From the NCBI RefSeq assembly GCF_036971445.1, contig NC_091473.1, positions 210,986,001-211,050,000 on the forward strand: 64,000 nt of DNA, written 5' to 3'. The position numbers and the translations under genes were made by a program. Each line of letters begins with the position of its first letter. Position 1 is the stretch's first letter. The stretch is from Narcine bancroftii (lineage: Eukaryota). The notes below the pieces were generated by a model, which had not been told where the DNA came from, did no database searches, and worked only from the letters and a program-made list of their open reading frames with translations. Shown here one piece after another: positions 47,633 to 59,479 of the stretch.

Positions 47633-48419
47633 TGTGAGAGATGAGAAAAACTGATATTGCAATATGAACATGAAGAAATGAAGAAAATAAAATTGATACA
47701 TAAGTAAATGAATGAAGCCAGTACAAACAACATGAGACATGGATATTAGAAGGCAGGAAGCTGACACTGTCTGAGTAAGATAAGAATCTCCTAGCCCTTC
47801 AGACAGAAGCAGCAAGTTCACTGAATGAAGGAGATAAGGACAGACAATTGAGAATAGAAGTAGAGTTAGTCTGAACGAGATAAGGGTCGCCAAGCCCCAG
47901 ATAGAATTAGCATGGCTTGCATAAATAATTAGAAAACCTTAGACTGTATTAGCAAGTTATACATATATAATTAGTAAGCCATACACAGATTTTTCAAGTA
48001 TGCAATAGTTAACTAGTAAACCCTAGACAAGATTAACGAACCCTGCATATGAAGGGACTGTAGCCCTGAGAGTCGGGAAGGTGTGAATGGGGACAAGGGC
48101 AAGGTTGTGAATAAGGACAATGGGAATAATGGCATGAGAAGACACCGACAGGATACCCCCTGGTTCTCCAAGTATACTGAAACTGCACGTAGGCAGGAAG
48201 GATTGCCTCTGCCAAACCCATCCAGGGGGCAGAAGAATGTAAGGGGGAGGGTATTCTGATACTGAAATTTACTGTATAAAAGTTGGGTGAGTCCCAGTGT
48301 ATGTGTGTATTCCCAGGGTAAGGGGAAGCACCCAACTTTGCATTGTTGTTTTAATAAATGTTCTTTGTTCTCAATATTTGTCTCGAGCAATTTCTTTAAA
48401 GGTACTTTTGTTTTTAACA

Positions 48420-48780
48420 TTATGGAACAGCATTGTCGCATGGCTTCTATCTCCTCCTCTAGTTGATCTCTCTTGTGCTGGGATTCTACTTCTCGCTGAA
48501 CTAATACTGCTTCACGCTGAACGGCGTGTCGTAAGGATGTGGCCAGCAGCCAAAAACCATCCCTCAGCATCCCCTTTTTATCAGGAAATTTACTCTCTCG
48601 AAGGAGAGTGGCAACCCGCTCTCCCAGAGGCGCACTTGATGGATCTAACCTCTCATCCCAACTAATGGGTGGTCCCAACAAAGGCAGGGTATTGGCCAAC
48701 ATGCCAAACCCATTGTCTTTGGAAGTCCATCCCGGAATCAAGATCTGCTCAGGCCTCACCTCTTTCTTTCGGAGAAACAT
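48420..48780 (-). pseudogene. gag: ERV-B gag N-terminus
   Basis: ATG 10 nt after PBS; IPGW...LGPPISW...GFWLLATSL followed by a coiled-coil-like stretch. Confidence 0.7.
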
Positions 48781-48790
48781 CTCGAGACCA

Positions 48791-48808
48791 ATCCTGCTGA
48801 CTACGCCA
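48791..48808 (-). promoter_or_regulatory. primer binding site, tRNA-Ser
   Basis: TGGCGTAGTCAGCAGGAT, 17/18 complementary to the vertebrate tRNA-Ser 3' end ATCCTGCCGACTACGCCA. Confidence 0.9.
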
Positions 48809-48810
48809 AT

Positions 48811-49542
48811 TGTCCTGGGTAAACTTGTACCTCTCACTTTGTTCTTTTTAGATTGGTCACAGTGTTTGAGCTACCAAAAGAAAACAGGGACACACGCCGA
48901 GAGCACTTCAGTTTATACAAATCTTTATTACTAAATCTAAAGCTGATTTCAAACTATAATATGCAAGCCCTTCCCAATTATACTTATCAATGCCTGGACT
49001 GGTCCCAATTGCCGAAGCAAGGCAATGACTGCACACTTGTAGTAGGTTGTTGGGGTGCCAGTAGCAGCTTCTCCACCTCCCCCGACTGGGATGTTGGATG
49101 GACTCTAGAAGTTCTTCTTCTTGCTGAGAGATGTTTCCACCCCTCAGAGAGTCTGTAACTTCAGCAGTGGGACCACGGCTTATATTACCCAAAAATTGCT
49201 GACTCAAGCACTTGCGCAAAAAAAAGATAACCGAGCACGCCTCGGCTTCTATCAAATACCACAACTCTCTAGCTTATCACTTTGAATACACTGGTTTACT
49301 TAGCTTCAGGGTCTCGCCTGACAGTCTGTGACCAATAATCCCATCAATCTCAAATAGCAACCAGCTAACAAGCAGGAAGATGAAACGTTCTTGGTACCAG
49401 ATGTCTTTTTGTCAGATAACTGCATCTCTGGGCCTCATGGTGGAATTTAGCTTAATCCTGCTGCTTCTTACATTATTCTCAAAGTAGGTTACTGATACTC
49501 AGCCTTGCATAAGCAAAAACATGGTTTAAATCCTCCATTACA
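48811..49542 (-). repeat. ERV-B 5' LTR
   Basis: pairs with 27572-28273; adjacent to the PBS. Confidence 0.92.
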
Positions 49543-49547
49543 GAAAT

Positions 49548-50078
49548 TTTGAGAATTTAACTCCTAAATTATATTTTATCAGATTTTCAATTGAAATTAG
49601 TTAAATCAGCTTTAGTGATAGCAAGGAAATGTATTGCTCTCACTTTGAAATCAGCTGTTTGATTGACATTAAGAAGATGGCAAACAGAGGTTCAAAGTTG
49701 CATTCTATTAGAAAAAAATACATATAATTTGAGGGGGAAATATTCTATATTTTTACTGATTTGGACCCCATATGCTTACCCTCAAAAATAAATAATGTGT
49801 TTTTAGGGAAATGTTTTTTTAAAATCTTTCAGCATTCAATATATAATAATGTTTATTTTATATTTTAGTAATTTTGATGCTGTTTTAGTAGGGGTAGTGG
49901 GGCTTGGGGGTTGGCAGGGAGGGATTAGTCAGGATTCAGATTTTTTTTCTATGTAGGTTTTTTACTCTTTTCTTTTATATAAATCAACATGTATTTATTT
50001 AAGTTTTAAATAGTGTGATATATGATTTTTATTAATTGTTATATATGTGTTAACTTTAAGTAAAATGTAAAAAAAAAT
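49548..50078 (+). mobile_element. old L1 3' end (ORF2 C-terminus, G-rich 3' UTR, A tail); upstream part at about 27420-27566
   Basis: LVIARKCIALT..K, LEK.TYNLRG, W.PY motifs; A run at about 50069-50078. Confidence 0.65.
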
Positions 50079-50607
50079 ACTTTAACATTGTCTGAGCTGG
50101 GAAACCACAAGGAACTCACGAGAATCCGCAGTCGAGACGAGTAAACCGGTGCTGGGAACTGTGCTCCCGTCTACTGTTTGTGCTGAGAAGGTGCAGAGGG
50201 GAACATTGTGTCAGAGAGACTGTGTTCAAGGGGCGGTGTCTTTGACTGGAGTCACTGTGTTTGTGGATCCGACCTTAGCGCCGGATTTGCCGCCCCCTCG
50301 TGTGAAAGATGACAAGATTTCCCTATCACCGGATAGCGCCGGCCCCAGCTCAGTGCTGAAGTGGGAATGAACGACAAAGTTTTGGTTGGTTTTAATATTT
50401 CTATCGGAAAGCAGGAAACATGTCAGTGATTGGGGGAGAGAACGCGGTCGGTGCTGCAATGAAACGGGTTTAAACGGGAAGTGTCTCATTGAATTTGGAT
50501 CAAAATCCCTTTACAACAAACATTCGGTGCTCGGGACGGTCCAGGATGAGTCCGGGACTCCGGGGTTTCCGATGTTAATAGGAATGGGAGAATTTTGGAG
50601 GGGACAG

Positions 50608-50614
50608 AAACACA
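50608..50614 (+). promoter_or_regulatory. H1 box (AC box)
   Basis: AAACACA followed by a GC-rich box, about 145 nt upstream of the H1 ATG. Confidence 0.7.
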
Positions 50615-50757
50615 GAGAGGCGGTAGTGGCGGGAGCTGACAGCAGGATGTCTCCACCCCGTCCGCTCGCTGCCTTTAAGTTGCTCTGTGCCGCCGCCTCC
50701 CGCTTCATTTCTCACTCAGTTCTGAAACTCGGAGAGAATTGGTGTAGAGTCGCTAAC

Positions 50758-51375
50758 ATGACTGAGATCGCAGCGGCCGAAGCGGCTCCTCCTGCTGCTC
50801 CCGGCGCCCAAACCAAGGCTCCCAAGAAGAAAAAGGCGCCCGCTCGGCCCAAGCCAGCCGGTCCCAAGCTGGGCGATCAGATCGACAAGATTGTGGCGAA
50901 TTGCCGTGAGCGCGGGGGGATGTCCTACTTCGCCATAAAGAAGGCTCTGGCCGACGGCGGCGTCGATGTGCACAAGTCCGCCTCGCACATCAAGACGAGC
51001 ATCAAGAGAAAATTGGACAGCGGCCTCCTGGTTCAATGCAAAGGCTCGGGCTTGTCGGGTCACTTCAAGGCCGGGAAGAAAGAAAGGACAGTGACATTGG
51101 CAAAGAAAGCGAAGAAACCAGCGGCCACGGCGTCGAAGTCCAGGAAGTCGGTGGCAAAGAAATCTTCGGCCAAAAGACCAGTCATCAAGAAATCTCCCTC
51201 CAAGAAACCCGCGGCTAAAAAGACGGCGGCCAAGAAGCCAATGGCCAAGAAGGCGACCCCGAAGAAGTTCCAGAGCCCCCCGAAGGCCAAAGTCACCAAG
51301 GTGAAAGCGACCAAAAAGGTTGTAAAATCCAGGGCCCGGCCGAAATCTAAACCCAAGGCAGCGGCCAAGAAGTGA
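50758..51375 (+). CDS. H1: histone H1 (205 aa), replication-dependent
   Basis: winged-helix globular domain (GMSYFAIKKAL...VQCKGSGLSGHFK), K/A/P-rich tail with SPxK/TPKK motifs, intronless, 3' stem-loop. Confidence 0.95.
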   Translation: MTEIAAAEAAPPAAPGAQTKAPKKKKAPARPKPAGPKLGDQIDKIVANCRERGGMSYFAIKKALADGGVDVHKSASHIKTSIKRKLDSGLLVQCKGSGLSGHFKAGKKERTVTLAKKAKKPAATASKSRKSVAKKSSAKRPVIKKSPSKKPAAKKTAAKKPMAKKATPKKFQSPPKAKVTKVKATKKVVKSRARPKSKPKAAAKK

Positions 51376-51411
51376 AAGAAAAAGCTCAACGTGTAAACTC
51401 CTGACCCCAAC

Positions 51412-51427
51412 GGCTCTTCTCAGAGCC
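51412..51427 (+). terminator. histone 3' stem-loop (HDE GAAGAGCTG at about 51444)
   Basis: GGCTCTTCTCAGAGCC. Confidence 0.92.
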
Positions 51428-52418
51428 ATTCACATCCCTCAGTGAAGAGCTGCATCCCAGTCACGTCACTCCTGTCCCGGCACCGCGTTCACATTCCAAC
51501 GGGGAATCATTCACGCGAAGCCTTGCTATCCCCGTTAACTCCACCACATTCTCTGCACCCGCCCGGCCCCAGTGTCCAAACAAAATCCCGAGAACGAGAT
51601 GTCCGGGACCAGCCTCACTCGGTCTGGGGATGTGATCGGGTGCTGTCTCCGTTCATCAACAATTCCTTCAGGCAGATTCTGGGGGAGAATGAGACGGGGA
51701 CAAAGAGGGAGAATTCTTCCTCAGAATCTGCAGCCAAATCAGGGAGGCTTCCCATATCAGCTGGGTTAAGGTGATTGTTCACCAAGGAGGGGAGGTGTGG
51801 GGACAGGAACAGGGTCCAGGGGTGTAAACGGAAGGAGACGGGATCCGGGAGGCACGTTGTGAAGATTTGGGGAGTAGATTTGAGATGGAGATGAGGAAAT
51901 GCCTTCTTCCTGAGGGAAGTGAATCCGCGGAATTCTCTGACCAGTGAAGCTGCCGCATTAGAGATTTTTAAAAAGGGGGATTAAAGGTTACGGGAAATGA
52001 TGCCGAGTCTAAGTGCAGATCTGGTCTGATTTGATTGAACAGCCATAGCGTTGGGCCGAATGGCCGTCTCCTGCTCCTAATGTACCCTTGACTTCTTCGT
52101 ATATTAATGAAGGCGCAGAGCTTCAGCGGGAATATCACCGCTGGTATAATTGTAACGGCGCTTATTTAAAGCTTTCGTATTTCAGGAAATCGGAAAAAAT
52201 GTAACCCCGTGTGTGTTGTTCGCGGTCGCTGTTTCTGTTCTGCTGCAGATCACGGTTGGAAATTAGCGATTTCCGGGGCCGGGGCGGAAGATGAGAGGCC
52301 GCTCTCTGCCCTGTCTGTCACTCTGACTCTGTCTCCTCCCCTCCCCTTCACTGCGCGTCCTCAGCCAGGTCGGGGCGCTGTGTATAAAAGGGGTCGGCAG
52401 CAGTGGGGTTGTCATTGA

Positions 52419-52754
<336 letters not shown>

Positions 52755-52787
52755 AGAACTCTGTCCTTTTCCACACAACAAAACAAA

Positions 52788-52803
52788 GGCTCTTCTAAGA
52801 GCC
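52788..52803 (+). terminator. histone 3' stem-loop
   Basis: GGCTCTTCTAAGAGCC followed by ACCCA. Confidence 0.93.
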
Positions 52804-53569
52804 ACCCACCGCTTCACAGGGAGTAAGTAACCAGCAATGGGAATTAAAATATTAATTTGAACTAATTCAGGGGCAATTTTCTTATTTGGACTTATTCTCG
52901 TTCAAATTTAAATAGACAACATTTGAAATAAAAACAAATCAGGAACATTCGTTTCAGAAATCCGTGGAAAATCTGGAAGTTTGGACTGAACCAACTGCCT
53001 TGAGAGGAAGGCGTTCAATTTATTGATTTTCTGTTGTACTTTTATAAAATGGGTTTGACGAGGGTACAAACAATTTATACATAAATGAAGGTATTATTTG
53101 AAAAGTACAAACTATCTACTTATATTTTAGCCCATGTATGTCTATTAATGTTCTAATTATATCCAATAATATTTTAAAAATAAAATGTAATTAATTGTGC
53201 TTTAGAAATTCTTCATTCGTGCATTTCGAATCCCACAATAATCAGGGGTTATCTGACGAGGAAAGAGTAGATAATGTCGATATTCATGGTGGATTTAAAG
53301 AATGAGGGGTAATCTACAGCCGGTTTCCCTCGAGGCGATCTCCGCTCTCTGACCCACACAATTTATATTGCGGTGTCACTAAAACGGTCGCTTTTCTCCA
53401 GCCTCCGCCAGAGCTGAATTCCATCCGCTTCAGCAGCAGTTCAGTCCATTCGCAGCCCAATTTCAGACACATTGGTTGAATCAGGGAGAACCGGTTTCCA
53501 TCAAATCGTTCTCCAAAATTGGCGGGTGATTTGAAAATAAACTACAGCCAATCCCACTGCAGCCAGTGT

Positions 53570-53595
53570 TTCTCTCTCTCTCTCTCTCTCTCTCT
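53570..53595. repeat. (CT)n microsatellite in the H3 promoter
   Basis: tctctctctctctctctctctctct between two CCAAT boxes. Confidence 0.85.
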
Positions 53596-53824
53596 GGTTC
53601 TCAGTCACAAACTTTATCAGGGTCAATGTTCCATTTGCGCTGCAGATCTGAAACGGCTCCTTAGTCATATGATGATGGAGCCAATCACAGCCCTGGAACA
53701 CGATGATTTCCATCTCTGCTCCAGCCATTCAGAGCGATGGGGCGGATCTTCATCAATTGTTTATAAGTCAGAGCCTGAGCCGATTTCATCATTCAAGTTC
53801 TCCTGTTTCTGATTGTGCTGTTGA

Positions 53825-54241
<417 letters not shown>

Positions 54242-54269
54242 ACCCGGCCTCGGCACCAAGTACCAAAAA

Positions 54270-54285
54270 GGCTCTTTTTAGAGCC
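54270..54285 (+). terminator. histone 3' stem-loop
   Basis: GGCTCTTTTTAGAGCC. Confidence 0.9.
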
Positions 54286-54763
54286 ACAATTTTGATAAAG
54301 GGCTGTGTCGTCCTAAATCCGAATTTGTTTCTAGGTCTACCGGCTTCTGTTAAAACGGAAATAGCGCAGTCCGTCACGCTGGTTTCGGGTCCATGACTCG
54401 TATGGAAGTTATCCTCCCAACCCTGTGATATTGGTGTGGGTGTTTTTAAAGGAGACTTTAGGATGTCCTCGGTCGATGCCAAGATCAACTCCAAACCTCA
54501 CTGATTTAACGTCACAGAATCGACTACTCAGCTATCTCACCGCGGTGGACCGTCAGGTAGTGCCGGATTTAGATAATCCCTCTACACCCGTGTCTGTGTC
54601 CAGTCGCTTGTCCCCAAGGATGTCGCTTTTTTGCGGTTGTTGTTGGTTTAAATCCTGGGTTTTTTACCCAAGAAGCAGTTAAAAGTTTAATTATATGCCG
54701 ATCTCTTCGGCCGAACAAACGTTCATAAATATTTATTGTAAAAATTTCATAGTGAGTGCCGCT

Positions 54764-55123
54764 TCACTTTATTTGCTCCGTCTGTTGTTTTAGGCAATAG
54801 CCCGGCCTTGATTTTGGGCCGTTTTGAGTGAACTTCACCCCTCCCAGCAGCTTGTTGAGCTCGTCGTTGCGGACGGCCAGCTGCAGGTGTCTGGCGATGA
54901 TGTGCGTCTTGTCCCGGGCCGCGTTACCGGCCAGCTCGAGGATTTCAGCCGTCAGGTACTCGAGCACAGCAGCCAGATAGACCGTGGCTCCGGCGCCCAC
55001 CCGCTCAGCATAGTTACCTTTTCTCAGGAGCCTGTCAACACGGCCCACGGGGAACTGCAGTCCGGCCCGGGAAGAGAAAGACTTGGACTGAGCTTTCCCG
55101 CCAGGTTTCCCTCGTCCACTCAT
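54764..55123 (-). pseudogene. H2A: divergent histone H2A (119-aa ORF): probable pseudogene or variant
   Basis: [12 protein letters not shown] core intact; three in-frame deletions, frameshifted docking domain, no stem-loop, AATAAA at 54737-54732. Confidence 0.7.
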
Positions 55124-55924
55124 CTCAATAATTTCACCAACTCATTCACTGCCAGTAAGAAGCTGAGGTCGCAGTCGCCCTTCCTGTACCTTTTGGAGGA
55201 ATAGAAAGGGAGCCTGATGATTGGACCTTCAGTGCGCACTGTCATTGGCTGAGCGAGGTCCCCATTCTGAGAGCAACCAATGAACAGTCGGCAGCTCGTT
55301 GAACGCGGAGAATAACGGCCCGTATCCCCAAACGCCGAAATGTGTAAAGGCCGTGAAATTTCATCTGTGCAGAGTCTGAAAACAAGTTGTTGTGAATCTG
55401 ATTGTTGGTGTGATTTCTGCTCATCAGTGATCACTCAATCACGACACATTTACATCGTGTGTATTCATGTCCCGAGAATCGCTGTAAAGAGTTACCCGAT
55501 TTATTTCAAGAAGTAACAGATGCAGGAAAGGAAACGATTCTCAGCATTAATTAGCCTTAAATGTCCCTCCGGGAAAAGACCGTGAACAGACTGATCAAGG
55601 GTGGCGTTCGGGGCAGTAACATCATGCGTGGGTTCAGATCATAGAACGCACCCACAGTAGCAATTAAACAGTGAAAACGCTTGTATTTTGCCCACATTAA
55701 TCACTCCCGATTGTCAAAATGTTTTATAACCGTGATAACGTTTCCGTGGCCCTTTCGGGGGCAGGAATTCGACAGCGACACCAGAAATAGGCCACATTGA
55801 AACCGCAAACTTGGATCAACATAAACTGTGAGAATAAACACGTTAAGCAGAAATTTCAGGATAATCAATCGCTCGGAAATTATTATGGAAACTGTGGTAC
55901 AACACTTTCAGTGAAACTGTGAGT

Positions 55925-55940
55925 GGCTCTTAAAAGAGCC
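55925..55940 (-). terminator. histone 3' stem-loop of H2B
   Basis: GGCTCTTTTAAGAGCC on the minus strand. Confidence 0.93.
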
Positions 55941-55980
55941 GTTGGGTTTTCTGTCTGTCTGGTCAGTTCCCTGTGAAGCT

Positions 55981-56355
55981 TTACTTGGAGCTGGTGTACT
56001 TGGTCACCGCCTTTGTCCCTTCCGACACGGCGTGTTTGGCCAACTCCCCGGGTAGCAGCAAGCGCACGGCGGTCTGGATCTCCCGGGAGCTGATGGTTGA
56101 CCTCTTGTTGTAATGGGCCAGGCGGGAAGCCTCGCCCGCGATGCGCTCGAAAATATCGTTAACGAACGAGTTCATGATGCTCATGGCCTTGGAGGAGATC
56201 CCGGTGTCGGGATGAACCTGCTTCATCACCTTGTAGATGTAGATGGAGTAACTCTCCTTCCTCACCCTCCTGCGTTTCTTGCCGGCCTTGCCTGCTGGTT
56301 TGGCCAAGGCTTTCTTGGCGCCCTTCTTGGGAGCTGGTTTCTGCTGCTCAGGCAT
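55981..56355 (-). CDS. H2B: histone H2B (124 aa)
   Basis: [12 protein letters not shown]...[26 protein letters not shown]...TKYTSSK. Confidence 0.98.
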   Translation of the reverse strand: MPEQQKPAPKKGAKKALAKPAGKAGKKRRRVRKESYSIYIYKVMKQVHPDTGISSKAMSIMNSFVNDIFERIAGEASRLAHYNKRSTISSREIQTAVRLLLPGELAKHAVSEGTKAVTKYTSSK

Positions 56356-56432
56356 TTCCTCGATCACCTTCAAACACTGAAATAACCACAAACATCTGTG
56401 AGCGCTGGTCAAATAGGCAGCCCCGTCGCCCC

Positions 56433-56440
56433 ATGCTAAT
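56433..56440 (-). promoter_or_regulatory. H2B octamer-like element with upstream CCAAT boxes
   Basis: ATTAGCAT (minus strand), followed on the top strand by ATTGG boxes at about 56446 and 56468. Confidence 0.65.
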
Positions 56441-59400
56441 GAGGGATTGGAGATAGAAAGGATTGTCATTGGTGATGTATTTTGCGGTGACACGTTCTGG
56501 TTGGATACCCGAGCGAACAAATCCCAGCGCCTCGCTCCACCAATCAGAAGTCTCTCTCTTTGTCCGGGTCACTGCGGTCGGGCAATCGGAGCCGAACCGG
56601 TGCAGTTCCTGCTGCCGTTTAAGGAGAAAGCACGGAATTGTGGAGAGTGTGTGGGGGTGATTTAATTAAATCAGGAAACTAGAGGCAAGTGGATGTTTTA
56701 TCGCAAAGGAAAAGCAAATAAAATGTCCACAAAATACAAAAATGACGATTTCTAAATTTGTAAACGTGCAGCAGGAGACGGAGGGATAGCGTTGACCTGT
56801 GAGGCGCATTTCTGTGTGAAGGTGGGGTTTGAAGGCGACCTTGTCCCCACCGGGTGTCTTCACGGAGGAGGGCGTGAACACGGTGCCTTCATCCGGAGGG
56901 CGGGGGTAAGTAATTGGATCGGATAAACATTGGAAGAGAGAGGGTATCTGTGAATTCAGCTCCTGTGGAAATGGACCAGTTCCTGCACTGGATTAAATCT
57001 ATTCCAGGCTGTTCAAGGGAGCTGGAAACAGAGGACAGTGTGGAGGTTCCAGCATCATGTTTTCGCACTTGTCCGGCCAGTGGGGTTGGAGGAGTGGGAG
57101 ATCAGAAAACCCCGCGGTGACTTTTTATCACAACCTGAAGAGCTCAGGCCCTCCTCGTCGGGGATAGATCTTTACCTCCTGTGGACGCTGCGGGACCCGC
57201 TGAGATTCTCCAACGTTTTCGTATTTTTCTTGCAAAAGAAGCGCGGTCACCCTCCCCCTGAGGGCGCAGGTGTGAGGGAGCATGATTTCATTTCCATTGC
57301 CCAAACCGACTGGGAGAATGGGACACGTGGTGGTGATTGGTCTTGTGACTGGTTTCCGAAGTCGGGTATTGGTGTAAGATAGCAACAAGCTTGAGTGAGC
57401 CGACCCTGTGTGTGATGAGGTAATAGAGATCACGTGATTTAGTTGCTATTTTTTGTGTCCGTTTTAATGCTGGAAAACGGATCATTTCCAGGCGCCCGTT
57501 GCTTCATTACCTCCTGAGACTCCCCAACTGGGACGAGTTCGTCCTGTCCTCTGTGTCAGGAATCAGCTCTATGCTCAGTGTGAACGAAGATGTGGAGAAG
57601 CTTGATAAAAGCGGAGCGCAGTAGGGGATTACCACAGTCAGGGAGTGGACCAACTTAGTGGATGGGGTTCAGAATGGAGACAGGGCACCAGACTGAAGAC
57701 AGGAGACTTCTAGGACTGTGCAGCTCAGGTCCGTGCCGGAAACCTTCAGCGCCCTCGGCACCTCCTCCTCGGATCCTGGTTATTATTGGTACCATTCCAG
57801 CCAGTTCGACCTCGTCTCCAGCAGTCCGCAGCTTCCACGGGTTCCTCGCTCGAGTTGCCAGTAGTCTGCTGCATGCACAGGTCGCTCAGCGAGAGTCCCC
57901 TCACTGGTCCCCCACTGTCGAGGAGTCCAGTAATTGAGACACGCAGCCAGGAAGGCCAGAGAAGACGGGTAGTCGCCGCCAACTTGATTATCTGCAGATC
58001 CCGAGCAAGGACCGGCAGAACAAACCACACCGAGGCGTTCCAAAAGAGAAAGACCACCTGAACATTTTAAGGATTATCTGCCCTGAATATTATTAAATAT
58101 TTTCCCTTTTATAATTACTCATGAGGTGTATTCTAATTCTCACGTGTAGTCTTGGGCCCGATGCAATGTTATTAGTTCGAAAGGGCCTAGACATCACGGG
58201 GTGGGGGGAAAGTGTGTTGGGTATAAGTCCGCCCTCTGATGGACATCATGGGTCTCTCTTTTTATTTGCACTATATTATGACTTCGGTTCTCTGCTTGAA
58301 ATTTCCTCTCCACTTCCTAGCAAAATAGTACCCTTGTGGATTCTGTAACGTGCTGATCAAGGAAGTGAGCACAGATATATTCCATCAACCCCTCGCCAGG
58401 GCTCCTCAGACCTATCTCTGTATTCACCTTCATGTTTCATCCCCCATATGTCACCATCCCGTCCAGATGGTCTACACCTGGGCTGGACCGGGATCAATGT
58501 CATGGGGGATTGTTTGCCAGTGCTGTTGGCAGGGGAATGGCATTATCTGCAGGATGACAGAAGGAAGTGGAATAGAGACAGAACCAAAAGGTAGACAAGG
58601 GGAAAGTCAAAGTGGAGGTCAGAAAAAATTCAAAGCCACAAAAAAAGCCACATTAAAAATAGCCTCAAGTGTGATTGCAATTTATCTGAATGGCCAGAGC
58701 ATTGGAGAAAAGGGATCAGATATCAGTCCAAATGTATGTGATTTTGTAGCCATTACACAAATATGGTTGCATGTTTGAGATGATTCAGAATGAAATATGC
58801 AGGGATCATAGGTAATTTGGAAGATATGGGAGGTGGGGAAACACCCTTGATTCAGGATGAGATCAGGGTGACGGTGGGACGCTGAGATGCAGAAGGTTGA
58901 ATTGATCTGCATAGAGATTAGGAATAATAAAGAGGCAAAAATCACTGGTGTGCGTCATCCACAGGTCATCAAATAATAGCATTACAGGGGCACAGGTACC
59001 AATCAATGAGTTTTAAAGGACATTCCAACAGCAACATGCTGTTAAAACTGGAGATAAAGTCACCCAGAAGGTGCTTCAAAAGTCGAGAATGAGATCAGAA
59101 TCTTCCCATCACAGCCATTTTTATTTAATGTCCATTGAGGTACAGGTCAGACAGGGCCAGTCCATACCAGCCAGCCCAGCAAGTACAAAGGGGAAGTGAC
59201 TCAGGAGATTTGATGCAGTGAACAGGTGCAGCAAGTCAACTGGGGATTGTACAAACACACAGAGAGCTGGAGCTACAAGAAAAACCCCATCGGAACACCA
59301 ATCGTCAACACCACCCGCAAACTGGAAGGACAACTGCTGATATTCCGTCTTTGCCATCTCCAACCAGACGGCAAGAACATTTGACTTCCAATTTCTGCAA

Positions 59401-59479
59401 ACCCCCTTTCAGGAACATAGAACATTACTGTACAGAAAATGGCCCTTCAACCTTCTCATCTATTTTTCTGCCTAGTCAT

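Larger units (their letters stand above)
34442..48419 (+). mobile_element. ERV-A provirus copy 3 (most complete: LTR-PBS-gag-pro-pol-env-PPT-LTR), with copy 4 nested in integrase
   Basis: LTRs 34442-35214 and 47633-48419; TSD TCAT/TTAT (one mismatch), and host ERV-B gag rejoins in frame. Confidence 0.95.
27572..49542 (-). mobile_element. ERV-B provirus (class III, ERV-S/ERV-L-like) with gag-pro-pol-env, hosting nested ERV-A elements; itself inserted in an old L1 3' end
   Basis: LTR pair 27572-28273 and 48811-49542, 5-bp TSD GAAAT (27567-27571 / 49543-49547), PBS-Ser, PPT GACCAGGGGTGGAA, RT HYIDD. Confidence 0.92.

Noticed and set aside
48013-48837. 274-aa ORF that looks like a novel protein
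   Set aside because: It is a chance fusion of the ERV-B gag N-terminus with the antisense ERV-A LTR across the insertion junction at 48419/48420.
50386-50757. 124-aa N-terminal extension of H1 (and the 55-aa extension of H2B, 56356-56520)
   Set aside because: Non-ATG starts running through promoter elements (H1 box, CCAAT, octamer); the canonical ATGs are at 50758 and 56355.
55598-55655. Hairpin with GCGTGGGTTCAGATC resembling a tRNA T-arm
   Set aside because: No cloverleaf, A box or terminator could be built; too weak to call.
57410-57480. Box C-like TGATGA and a small hairpin in a CpG-rich stretch (snoRNA candidate)
   Set aside because: No matching box D or terminal stem; more consistent with promoter-like sequence (CACGTG and ATTGG motifs).
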